From Eledone cirrhosa (taxonomy: Eukaryota): a DNA stretch of 64,000 nucleotides. Made by a program: the position numbers and the translations under genes. Positions 39,940-49,967 of this stretch are shown here, one piece after another; within the stretch, counting starts at the first letter, position 1; each line of letters starts with the position of its first letter. The stretch lies in contig OZ024743.1 of NCBI GenBank assembly GCA_964016885.1, forward strand, positions 350,734,001 to 350,798,000, written 5' to 3'. The notes beneath the pieces are model-generated. The model was not told where the DNA came from and searched no databases. It saw only the letters and a program-made list of their open reading frames with translations.

Positions 39940-40154
39940 GTTTTTTTTTTGTTTAAAATAAATATTGGGCACAAAACCCCAATAAGCGGTTATTTAACCC
40001 CGAAGGGCTAAATAACGGGCAGAAAGACCCCTCTCACGAGGAGGAGGGTGTTTTTGTCTACAAGTTGGTTAAAGTTTTAAACAATTTACAATTGTTATAG
40101 CGGTCAAAATTTACAATACCTTACAGAGCCGAGCCTCCGTCAACCATAGCATTC

Positions 40155-40193
<39 letters not shown>
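40155..40193. repeat. (AAT)13 junction tract between A7 and B
   Basis: 39 nt of pure AAT. Confidence 0.97.
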
Positions 40194-40195
<2 letters not shown>

Positions 40196-40447
40196 TTTCA
40201 TTTATTGGCCACAAGGGCCGACATATAGGGGACAACACAATAGACAGGGACAGTGGGGGTTTACATAGAGATCGAGTAAGTATAAATAACAAAAAAAACA
40301 AAATAACAATAAAAATACAACAATGAAAGTTCCCCAATAAGAGGGATCACCACCCAGGGTTGACTCAAGCACCCCACCAGTCCTGAGCCACCCGACGCTC
40401 CTAGGGCACCCGGGAAGGGCACCCCTCTCCTTCTCGAATTCACCAGC

Positions 40448-43400
40448 CTACAGGCGCATGATCAGAGTAGGCCCACTCACGCGGGCCATTCTCGCCACAT
40501 TCACCCACCTTTCAGTAAATGTACTGGGGGGCAGCACTTCTCTCTCCACCCTCACCTTCCTTTCCAAGTGAAACTTGAAGAAGTTGATGAGGGATTGGCC
40601 GAAGAGAAAAGTGTCTGTCTTCAGTCCTTTCAACCTGGTCCACCATGCAACCTCTTTCGCTACTGCCACCAGGCAGAGGAAAATTGCCTGCCCTTCCTGA
40701 CCAAAAGAAGGCGGCGGGTCAATCTTCACTATGGACTCGGACGATAGCCGGATCCGTCCTACACGCGACAATAGCTGTTCGACATAACCCCACAAGTCAG
40801 CAATGCACGGACACTGGACGAGTGCGTGCAGAACGGTTTCGTCGCTCTGCGCGCATCTCGGGCAGGTTCGTCTGACAGCACTTCCGTGCCTGTAGAGTTT
40901 ATCCCGAACCGGCAGCGCCCCCCGGTAGCACTGCCAAGCGAGGGATTTCTGGAAGTTATCCATCGTCCCCGGCTCGAAAGTCCTCCGGAACATACTGGTC
41001 AGTTCTACTTCGTTGACGCCCAGAGCCTCTCCTAGTACGTCATCGCACTTGCCCTCCACTAATCCTCTATAGAAATCTTGAGTGGAAGTTCCACTGACCG
41101 CATTGCCCACCTTGCAGAGTGCAGTGAGCGCCTGGCAACATTCCAGATGCCAGTCGCCCAGTCTCGGTCTCTTCTTGACCCAGGACTGCAGCTCAGTCAA
41201 AGAGATGAGCTGCGGAAAGGCCCGTCTAACAAACGGCGACCACACCTGTTCACCGTTTAGGCAAAATATCTGGAGATGTCGCAGCCTCAGCGCATGTCTG
41301 CGCATCATTAGCCACGGCATGCCCAGCCCTCCACGAAGAGGGTGCTGGCAGCAGATGGACCGCCTCACCAACGGGACCCGTCCCCTCCACAAAAATTTGA
41401 AAAGGAGCCGTTCCAAATTGGCGAGGCGTGGACGGGGGCAAGGCACGACGGTCAGGCGGTAGTAGATGACGGACGCGATGTACGCGTTCGCCACCTCCGC
41501 CCGCCCTTTCAGTGATAGCTTTCTCTCAGCCCATTTCTGGGTGAGGTTGGCTATCCTGCTCGTCACCTCGTCCCAATTCTTATCCACCTGGAGGTCTGGT
41601 CCGAACCAAACCCCGAGCAACTTTACCGGTCCGTCTGTCCAGCGCCCAACGACGCTGTTGGACGGCATGGACTTGCCTCTCCAGGTGCCGAGCTGCAAGC
41701 CCACCGACTTTTCCGGGTTAAGTTTTGCTCCCGTCAACCTTTCATATTCCTCCAAATGGGTGCGGATCACCTCGATTTCCGAGGTGTCCGACACCATCAC
41801 GGTGATGTCGTCCGCATAAGCGGACGCAGCCTTTCTACGTCCCGGTTCGAGCGGGATGCCCTGCAACAACTCCAGCTTCCGCAGTAGAGGCTCAAGAGTC
41901 AATACGTACAGAAGTGAGGAGAGAGGGCACCCTTGACGGACCGATCGAGAGATCTGAAACGGTTCCGAGAGGTGGCCATTAACTTTGACCACCGAGCGGA
42001 TGCCGCTGTACATTGCAGCGATCCAGCTTCTGAAGACGGGGCCGAAGCCAGCCGCCTCGAGGACAGCCTCCAAGTACCGATGGTCGACCCTATCGAATGC
42101 TTTCGATTGATCTAAATTGATCAGAGCCCCACCGAAGCCAGGTTTGCACCCAACCCTCTCTATGATGTATCGCATGAGGTGGAGGTTGTCGTGTATGGAC
42201 CTGGTCGGGATTGCGCAAGTTTGCGCCTCCCCAACCAAATCTTTGACGACAAGCGCCAACCTTTTCGCTAACACCTTGGCCAAAATCTTAAACTCTGTGT
42301 TGAGCAGGGTTATGGGCCTGAAATTATCTAGTGTGTCCCTCTTGTTCTCGTCTTTCCTTATCAGCGTCACTACGCCACGGCTCACAGAACTGGGAATGCT
42401 CCCGTTCTGCTGCCAGTTGCAGTAGAGCGCTTCGAGGAGATCGGAGAACAAGTCTGGCATATTTACGTAAAGCTCGTAGGGCAGACCATCCAAACCGGGT
42501 GACTTGCGACTCGAGCAGCCGACAAGGGCGTCCTGAATTTCGGCTGATGTTATCGGCTCTTCGCAGCGCTCAGCGTCGGCCGTCGAGAGGCGTGGCAAGC
42601 CGTCGAGGTAGGGACTGAAGTCCGCCGCCGTCTCCGACTCACCCATCCTCCCGAACAATCGAGCAAAGTGCTGGCGAAAGGCCTCACACATCCGCTTGGA
42701 ATCGCTCAGTTCGTGTCCATCTCGATCCGTCAAAGACCGAATTGTGGTTTTATTTCCACGCTGCGTCTCTGCAAAGCGAGCCCATCGGGCAGCTTTGGTT
42801 CCCTCGTTCCTCAGAGCACGCGCCTTAGCTCTGACAATGCAACCTTCGTGTTTCGCATTGAAGAAATGGTCTAGTGCCATTCTCGCCGCTAGCACGTCTG
42901 TTGCAATGCCACTACAAATAGCCTCGTCTAACTTAGCTATCAGCCCCTCCTCCTTTCTATTTTTCTCTATTGCTACTTCTTTGCTAAATCCTATCGAGGT
43001 TGCTCTAATCTCTCTTTTGAGTGCCCCCCACCACCTGTTGTTGACAACCCCCCCTGTCAACTTTTGCTTAACTAAGTTGTTGACCCGGTCCCTGTAAGCT
43101 TTACGTGCCGGAAACGACATGTTTAGCTTCCAGTAGCTCGGTCCTAACCTACGTGTCTTATCTAGGTCGACCATACAGATCACAAGCTTGTGATCTGAAT
43201 AGGCAACCGTTTTAAAATGTGGACATCCTACACTATTTCTATCTCTTTTCCTAATGAAAATCCTATCTATGTACGATCTAGATGACCCTATGCGATTGGT
43301 CCAGGTCCATACTGGCGCATTAGGGAAATCTAGTCGGTACCTGTCAGACAGTTGAAACTGGCTGATCAGGTACTTGAGGCTTTTGCACCCCCCGCTCCTA

Positions 43401-43867
43401 TCAGATACTCCCACACAATCCCAGCGTGCTTCTAAGATGCCATTCCAATCCCCTATTAACAGTAAAGGGCGAGACGTAAGCAGAAAGTTTTCCAGGCGCC
43501 TAAAGAAGTCCGGCCGACCGGCCCCAGTAGGGGCGTAGACGGCCACCAGTCTAAAGGCACCACCTTCGCTATTGCTCACGTCCAGGACCACCAACTTTCC
43601 GTCAGGATCCCGGAAGATTGACCTTACCTCGAGATCCAGACATTTCCTAAACAGCACAGCCACTCCACCTCCCATTCCCGGCCGACTAACAGATGCAAAG
43701 ATCTGATAATCGTCGAAAATCGGCGCCAGTGCGCGTGTGTCGGAAATTCTGGTCTCGCTGATGGCAATTACATCCATTCCTAGTGACCTGAGGTCGTTGA
43801 GCAAGTGACCTTGCTTCCAGGGCGACCCCAGGCCACGAACATTTAAACTTCCTACTCTTATGGCCAT
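40448..43867 (-). CDS. ORF2 of family B (EN-RT-zf)
   Basis: 1139 aa, collinear with A ORF2 with many substitutions; catalytic motifs GDWN, SDH and YADD present. Confidence 0.97.
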   Translation of the reverse strand: MAIRVGSLNVRGLGSPWKQGHLLNDLRSLGMDVIAISETRISDTRALAPIFDDYQIFASVSRPGMGGGVAVLFRKCLDLEVRSIFRDPDGKLVVLDVSNSEGGAFRLVAVYAPTGAGRPDFFRRLENFLLTSRPLLLIGDWNGILEARWDCVGVSDRSGGCKSLKYLISQFQLSDRYRLDFPNAPVWTWTNRIGSSRSYIDRIFIRKRDRNSVGCPHFKTVAYSDHKLVICMVDLDKTRRLGPSYWKLNMSFPARKAYRDRVNNLVKQKLTGGVVNNRWWGALKREIRATSIGFSKEVAIEKNRKEEGLIAKLDEAICSGIATDVLAARMALDHFFNAKHEGCIVRAKARALRNEGTKAARWARFAETQRGNKTTIRSLTDRDGHELSDSKRMCEAFRQHFARLFGRMGESETAADFSPYLDGLPRLSTADAERCEEPITSAEIQDALVGCSSRKSPGLDGLPYELYVNMPDLFSDLLEALYCNWQQNGSIPSSVSRGVVTLIRKDENKRDTLDNFRPITLLNTEFKILAKVLAKRLALVVKDLVGEAQTCAIPTRSIHDNLHLMRYIIERVGCKPGFGGALINLDQSKAFDRVDHRYLEAVLEAAGFGPVFRSWIAAMYSGIRSVVKVNGHLSEPFQISRSVRQGCPLSSLLYVLTLEPLLRKLELLQGIPLEPGRRKAASAYADDITVMVSDTSEIEVIRTHLEEYERLTGAKLNPEKSVGLQLGTWRGKSMPSNSVVGRWTDGPVKLLGVWFGPDLQVDKNWDEVTSRIANLTQKWAERKLSLKGRAEVANAYIASVIYYRLTVVPCPRPRLANLERLLFKFLWRGRVPLVRRSICCQHPLRGGLGMPWLMMRRHALRLRHLQIFCLNGEQVWSPFVRRAFPQLISLTELQSWVKKRPRLGDWHLECCQALTALCKVGNAVSGTSTQDFYRGLVEGKCDDVLGEALGVNEVELTSMFRRTFEPGTMDNFQKSLAWQCYRGALPVRDKLYRHGSAVRRTCPRCAQSDETVLHALVQCPCIADLWGYVEQLLSRVGRIRLSSESIVKIDPPPSFGQEGQAIFLCLVAVAKEVAWWTRLKGLKTDTFLFGQSLINFFKFHLERKVRVEREVLPPSTFTERWVNVARMARVSGPTLIMRL

Positions 43868-43896
43868 GCTGGCAGGATGAATGGGAGAGGAAAGGT

Positions 43897-45807
43897 TTAC
43901 TTACCTTCCGGGGTCTTGTGAAGGTCGGGTGGTTCGACCTCCATGGTTTGTGGGGTTTCTTTTGGGAACCCCTTTAATAGTCTTGACGTGGGTTTTACGT
44001 TCGGGGTTCCCACATCCCGAGGAAAGCTCTTTCGAATTTCTTTGTATGAAGCGAGCGACATTCGCATCAGAAGCAAATTATCTGGTACGCGAAATGTGCT
44101 CGCTTCAAATGTTTCCCCGTCTTTTTCGATGTTTGTGCTTCGTGCTACATGGGCCATCAATTCCTTGTTGGCCCTTCTGGCAAGCACGAAGTTTTTAATG
44201 TTTTGTTGCTCGGGTTTTATTTGTTCGTGTGATTGTGGTGGTGATAGCTTTGTTAGTGTTGTTTCTATTGTGTCTGCGTTTGTTGTGGGTGGGGTGTCTG
44301 TAGTTTCTGATGTTTGTGTGTCTATTTGTTCTTGTGTCTGTTTAGCTTGTTTGCGTTTGGGGGATTTTGGTGGTTGTGTTGGTGATGCTGTGGGGAAAAT
44401 GTTTGTGTGGGTGGTGTGTGTGTTTTTTTTTGTGGGGGTGTTTGTGCTTTGTGGATTTCTTTTTTTTTTGTGTTTTGTTTTTTGTATTTTGGGGGACTTT
44501 GGTTTTCCCTCATCTTCACTGCTGGAGGATGAGGGGTCTGTGGCTGTGAGCGTGTTTGTGTCTGAGTGAGTGTTTATGTTCTTGTTCGTGTGTGTATTTT
44601 GGGGGGGAGGGGGAATGGGAGAGCTTTCCTCGTTTCCCCCCTGGGTGTGCAATTTTGGTGGTTCCATTGTTGACGGTGTTGCTGGTGGTCCTTGTCCCGG
44701 CGTCGCCAGCAGTGGAATCTTTCGACCCCTTGCGCTTTTCGGCAGTTGAGGGCAGAAGGCTCGCAAGTGTGTCGTTTCCCCACAAAGGAAACAATGCGGC
44801 CTTTTGCCCTCAGTCATTATATGCAACACCCTCCCGTTTTGGAGGCGGATGTGGTCCGGGATTGTTTTTACGTTTTCGGGTCTGATTTGGAGCAGTATCT
44901 CCAGATCAACCCCGGACCAGTCGTCCCTGGCAGTTCTCGTTGCCTCTACCGGGACTGTATCCGTTCCTTCCACGATTACGCAACCCAGGAGCCACCACAT
45001 ATCAAGTCCTGGTGGAATCCTGGGAATGCGCACACGTGCTATTCGTTTTCCCATGTGGGAGGGGTACATTATGACCTTGCTGGTTTTGCAAGGGGTCATT
45101 GAATGCTTCACAGCGAGGGCTTCAGACTTGAACAGCACCGAAACGGTGCCGTATTGCCTGCCCCTCTCTATGAACTCTGTGTCCTCTCTGATGTATTTCA
45201 GTGCGGCTTCTATGTCAGCTTGGGCGATTATCGCTGCCCTCTTTGTCTCTACTGAGATGCATCTGAAATGCACCGTTCTTTTTTCCACTGCCTCAATGGC
45301 TTCTGCCGGGACAGTTAAGTTTGCCCAGGTCTGCTCTTGATTTATGATTTTCCAGGCCTGGGCCAACTTTTCCTCTCTGTTGGTTAAGTCGATGCTGTAG
45401 CATGGTCTCCTTTTAGCCGCTGCCACAGCAGCGAAAGTGTTCTTGTTGGTGTTGTCACTGTTGTTGTTCTTGTTGGTGTTGCTGCTGCTATTGCTGTTGT
45501 TGTTCTCCCCTGTGTCGTGGTTACCTTCTGTGCTGTTGGCCTTGTTGGTGCTGCTGCTGTCGCTACTATTACTCTCTGTGCTGTTCGTTTTGTTGGTGCT
45601 CTCGCTATTACCACCTTCTGCGCTGTTCGGCTTGTTGGTGTTGGTGTTGTCGCCGTTACCACCTTCCGCGCCGCTCGGCCCGTTGGTGCTGGCACTGTCG
45701 CTGCTCACATTCGTGCTGGTGGCGCTCCTCGTCTCACCTCTCCTCTCAACGCTCAAGTCGCCGTTGCACGACAGCAGACCCGCCTCTAGGGGGCGTGGCT
45801 CCGCCAT
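43897..45807 (-). CDS. ORF1 of family B
   Basis: 636 aa. N/S/T-rich N-terminus, TFAAVAA motif, knuckle CFLCGETTHLRAFC. Confidence 0.92.
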   Translation of the reverse strand: MAEPRPLEAGLLSCNGDLSVERRGETRSATSTNVSSDSASTNGPSGAEGGNGDNTNTNKPNSAEGGNSESTNKTNSTESNSSDSSSTNKANSTEGNHDTGENNNSNSSSNTNKNNNSDNTNKNTFAAVAAAKRRPCYSIDLTNREEKLAQAWKIINQEQTWANLTVPAEAIEAVEKRTVHFRCISVETKRAAIIAQADIEAALKYIREDTEFIERGRQYGTVSVLFKSEALAVKHSMTPCKTSKVIMYPSHMGKRIARVRIPRIPPGLDMWWLLGCVIVEGTDTVPVEATRTARDDWSGVDLEILLQIRPENVKTIPDHIRLQNGRVLHIMTEGKRPHCFLCGETTHLRAFCPQLPKSARGRKIPLLATPGQGPPATPSTMEPPKLHTQGGNEESSPIPPPPQNTHTNKNINTHSDTNTLTATDPSSSSSEDEGKPKSPKIQKTKHKKKRNPQSTNTPTKKNTHTTHTNIFPTASPTQPPKSPKRKQAKQTQEQIDTQTSETTDTPPTTNADTIETTLTKLSPPQSHEQIKPEQQNIKNFVLARRANKELMAHVARSTNIEKDGETFEASTFRVPDNLLLMRMSLASYKEIRKSFPRDVGTPNVKPTSRLLKGFPKETPQTMEVEPPDLHKTPEGK

Positions 45808-46017
45808 GTTTTTTTGAGAAAAAAATTATTATTTTTTTCAAAATAAAGTTCAAATATTTGGGCCAAAAGGCCCAAATATTATGAGTTATTCCTTCACAGG
45901 ATACAAATTAATGTCTTATAATGCTTCAGCGGTACAAAAAATAAACAATTCTCTACAATTAATCCTCAAAAAATTGCTTACTCACGGAGCTTCAAAAAAC
46001 GTACATCCACTTTCGTC

Positions 46018-46035
46018 AATAATAATAATAATAAT
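46018..46035. repeat. (AAT)6 flanking the 5' end of family B
   Basis: 18 nt of AAT followed by (AT)n and non-element sequence. Confidence 0.9.
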
Positions 46036-46570
46036 ATATATATAATACACCCCATGACAGCTTTTACATGTCAATTCTATACATCTGCCTCATGTCAGCT
46101 AGTTTTACACGCTAAAGTCGTAGATATACTATATTTCTTACCTAGATTGATGTTGTGATTATTTCAAATAATTTATTGCTAGCATTGTTAGTATTGTTGT
46201 TATTGTTCTGATTGAATACCATTACTACTATATATAGTAGCCATGCCTGTATATTCCTTTCATTCTCACAAGCTCCGATGAATTGACTGGTTACAACTAT
46301 GTATTGGTGATCGAATAACGTGAAAACAAGCGGGTAGCGATCTCTAGACCTACCAGTTCAGAGAAACAATTGTCAGCAATGAGATTAAAAACCTATTTTG
46401 TATAGCAAACCGTGTCACTCTTCCTTCCTGATTTATCATTACTCCAAGTGTTAACAACATAGAAATTACCGCGTACTCGCAGCATGACTATGGAAACGCC
46501 TTGTTGAGTCAAACTTAGCCTAACTGGACTACACTTAAGTGGACTACCTATAACATAATCTGTTACCCCG

Positions 46571-46920
<350 letters not shown>

Positions 46921-47134
46921 TCGAACCTTCAGCTGATCAGTGGCGAAACGCGCGTCACCAACCAATAAATGTAATGAAGGAGTAACCAATCCTCCTTGTT
47001 ATCTTTTCACTATAATACACTCTGTCTAGCTCTACACCTCGACACTGAAGTGAACCTAAACATCGAGTGCTCACCCGGGTGAACCTACAGTAACTCCAAG
47101 TTACACTCCCTGGATATATATATATATATATATA

Positions 47135-47972
47135 TGAGAATACGCAAGCATGTGCTGCAGCTACAGCATCATCTCCAGATATTTCTAAATGGTGAACAGA
47201 TCTGGTCGCCGTTTGTGAGACAAGTCTTTCTGCAGCTCGTCGCTTTGACTGAGCTGCAGTCGGGGGGGGGGGGGGGGTCAAGCGAAGACCGAGACTGGGC
47301 GCCTGATATCTGGAATGTTGCCAGGCCTCCACTGCACTACTGCACTATACCAGACGGGCAATGCGGTCAGTGGAAAATCTACTCTAGAGTTCTATAGAGG
47401 ATTAGTGGTGGGCAATTGCAACGGCATACTCGGAGAAGCTCTGGGCGTCGACATAATCGAACTGACCAGTCTGTTCGGCAGAACTTTCGAGTCGGGGACT
47501 ATTGATAACTTCCAGATATCCCTCGCTTGGAAGTGCTACCGATGATGGGGGTGAAGTGGGGGGAAGACACTTTTCTCATTGGTCAATCCCCCATCAACAT
47601 TTCAAGCTTCACTTGGAAAGGAGAGTAAGGGTAGAGAGGGAAGTGCTGCCTTTCAGTACATTTGCTAAAAGGTAGGGTGAATGTGGCGAGATTGGCCCTT
47701 GTGAATTGGCCTACTTTGACCATGCACCTGTAGGCTGGCTTGTTTGGAGAGGAAAGTGGTGCTCTGCTGGGGTGCTCTTGAAGAGTAGAGGGGTTTCGGA
47801 TTGTGGAGTTCCTGATTCACCCCTGGGTGCTACTTCTTCTATTGGGAAATTTCATTGTTATATATATTTTATTGTCATATTCTTTGCACACAATTTTTTT
47901 GCAAACCCCATTGTCCCTGTTTTTGTATTGTTCCTTATATGCCGACCCTTGTGGCCAATAAAGAAATTATTA
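47135..47972 (+). pseudogene. 5'-truncated, internally deleted Tx1 copy related to family B
   Basis: Encodes HLQIFLNGEQIWSPFVR..., FYRGLV...LGEALGV...FESGTIDNFQ with frameshifts; ends CCCTTGTGGCCAATAAAGAAATTATTA. Confidence 0.88.
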
Positions 47973-48127
47973 CAGGTAAAATTCCGTTATAACGAATACC
48001 ATTATAACGAATTTTTCAGTATAACGGAATTTGTTCTACCCCCGGCCACACATTCGATGTGTTAAGTCGATCTCGTTATAAAGAATTTTTCGTTACAACG
48101 AATATTTTTTATACCCCGTGAATTTCG
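47973..48127. mobile_element. pogo/Tigger-like MITE end
   Basis: TA followed by CAGGTAAAATTCCGTTATAACG with repeated (CG)TTATAACG motifs; the other terminus was not found. Confidence 0.45.
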
Positions 48128-48128
48128 C

Positions 48129-48667
48129 CAGGAAGGGCAGGCAATTTTCCTGTCTGGTGGCAGTTGCGAAAGAGGTTGTATGGTGGACCAGATTGAAAGG
48201 GCTGAAGACAGACACTTTTCTCTTTGGCCAATCCCTCATCAACTTCTTCAAGTTTCACCTGGAAAGGAAGGTGAGGGTGGAGAGAGAAATGCTGCCCCCC
48301 CCAGTACATTTGCTAAAGGGTGGATGAATGTGGCGAGAATGGCCCGGGTGAGTGGGCCTACTCTGACCATGCACCTACAGGCTAGCTAATTTGAGGGGGA
48401 GAGGGGGTGCTTTCCCCGGGTGCCCTAGAAGCGCCGGGTAGTTCAGGATTGGTGGGGTACCTGAGTCACCCCTGCCCCCCCCCCGGTTGGGGAATTTATT
48501 TTGTTATATTTATACATAGATTATCTTATATTATTATATTTTCCTTGTTAAATTAGTCTTGCCATTGTGCACTTTTACTCGAGCTTATTGTAAACCCCCA
48601 CTGTCCGTGTCTTTGTATTGTCCCCTACATGTTGGCCCTTGTGGCCAATAAATGAAATCATTATTAT
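48129..48667 (+). pseudogene. 5'-truncated family-B Tx1 copy (ORF2 end plus 3'UTR)
   Basis: Encodes VAVAKEVVWWTRLKGLKTDTFLFGQSLINFFKFHLERK; ends GGCCAATAAATGAAATCATTATTAT. Confidence 0.9.
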
Positions 48668-49144
48668 GTAATGCACTGAATAATTGCTGAATAATCACTG
48701 AATAATTGTTCCGAAGACCTCAAACCTCGGTTTGGAAGAAACAATTGTAAGCAAATAAATGATTTAAACAGAACTTTGATTCATGTAATTTCTATATAAC
48801 TGCTCTGTAAAACAACTGATGTTGTTACATTGAGCTATTCATCTTACTGGTAATAAGGTAGTAATAAATTACTGTCTTTCACTATTTAGGGTTTAAAATA
48901 CTTATAACTATAAAAGGTTTTAGTATATACATAACCATAAATAGTATCTTTAATACTACATATATATATATATTTTTATACTCAGAGTTTCAGAAGATCC
49001 AGTTAAGGGTGAAAGCAGCGATTCTTTGCTTGAACTTTAAACTGTTATTTTAATAAATATTTGCTCTAGGGTTCTTATATATTTGATATATATTTATCCT
49101 TATCGAGCCCTCTTTGGATTTTAGTCTTTACATTTATTATTATT

Positions 49145-49325
49145 ACAGGCAGTATCAGTGGAGGATCGGACACCATGTTTTCTAGCATAGTTACGTCCCT
49201 TTATGGTCCGAGTTCAAATGTCGCCGAGGTTAACTTTGCCTTTCATCCTTACGGGGTCGATAAAATAAAGTACCAGTAATGCACTGGGGTAATTGCTGGC
49301 CTTGTGCCAAAAGTAGAAATAATTA
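49145..49325 (+). mobile_element. tRNA-derived SINE (Meta/MESC-like central domain)
   Basis: B-box-like GAGTTCAAAT, then AACTTTGCCTTTCATCCTTACGGGGTCGATAAAATAAAGTACCAG; five copies in the window. Domain assignment is from memory. Confidence 0.7.
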
Positions 49326-49540
49326 TTGTTGTTGTTGTTGTTGTTGTTGTGTGCGTTACTTCGTTAGCTCAGTTCTGTTTCTGTATTGCCGGGTTCAGGC
49401 CTTAGATGTTGTTATTGTAGAGAGATAACTCGTCTGAGAATGTGTGCTGTTCCTAGTAGCCCGATCTTATGTAGTCTTATATTTGCTGATCTTGCCGGGA
49501 TGACGCTAAGGTGCAGATCTGATGATTTGGGTAGTAATCC
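49326..49540 (-). mobile_element. 3' fragment of an RLE-type (R4/Dong-like) non-LTR element with (ACA)n tail
   Basis: Minus strand encodes ...LHKIGLLGTAHILRRVISLQ*, then a short UTR and a trinucleotide tail. Confidence 0.6.
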
Positions 49541-49621
49541 TGTGGTGGTGGTGGTGGTGGTGCTGGTGCTGGTGGTGGTAGTAGTAGTAATAGTAGTAGT
49601 AGTAGTAGTAGTAGTAATAGT

Positions 49622-49710
<89 letters not shown>
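49541..49710. repeat. Compound (GGT)n/(AGT)n/(AGC)n microsatellite
   Basis: Direct reading. Confidence 0.95.
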
Positions 49711-49967
49711 ATAAATCAGAGAAGGTGTGATAAGAAATGTGAGAAGATTTACAAGAGTCCTTCGTTTAGAAGAAGAAGAAACAAGAACTGAGAAGTACAG
49801 GGTGATGGATGTTTTGTCTAATTGGCTGTCAGTAATAGATTAACAGCAACTTCTCTACACATAGCTACACTCACATACTCACATATACATAAACACATAT
49901 GTATCCCACACGGGATATAAATATGTTCATGTATTTTTTAAATGTATGTCATACGAGTAAAATTACA

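Larger units (their letters stand above)
1..40154 (-). repeat. Tandem head-to-tail array of ~6.06-kb Tx1-like LINE units (7 units, first one incomplete)
   Basis: The same ORF set recurs at ~6048-6069 bp spacing (ORF2 starts 1451, 7514, 13583, 19631, 25694, 31745, 37810). Units are separated only by (AAT)n on the + strand. Confidence 0.98.
34129..40154 (-). mobile_element. Tx1-clade LINE family A, full-length copy A7
   Basis: Same organisation as A2; its 5' end abuts the tail of family B. Confidence 0.96.
40194..46017 (-). mobile_element. Tx1-clade LINE family B, full-length divergent sister element
   Basis: Has its own 5'UTR (starts GACGAAAG), ORF1, 29-nt spacer, ORF2 and 3'UTR ending AATAAATGAAATC(ATT)n. 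Flanked on both sides by (ATT)n. Confidence 0.94.

Noticed and set aside
1-40154. Pure assembly duplication artefact
   Set aside because: Units differ by consistent SNP sets, in-frame indels and tail lengths, though read-level confirmation is still needed.
3796-40193. CRISPR-like repeat-spacer array
   Set aside because: The intervening 6-kb units are near-identical retrotransposons, and the context is eukaryotic.
1-46017. Telomere-maintaining array like Drosophila HeT-A/TART/TAHRE
   Set aside because: No telomeric repeats are present. If the chromosome end were to the left, 3' tails would point distally, opposite to HTT polarity. The left boundary is outside the window, so context stays open.
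46925-46965. Hammerhead-like CTGATCA..GAAACGCGCGTC
   Set aside because: The core deviates from CUGANGA and stems I and II cannot be formed.
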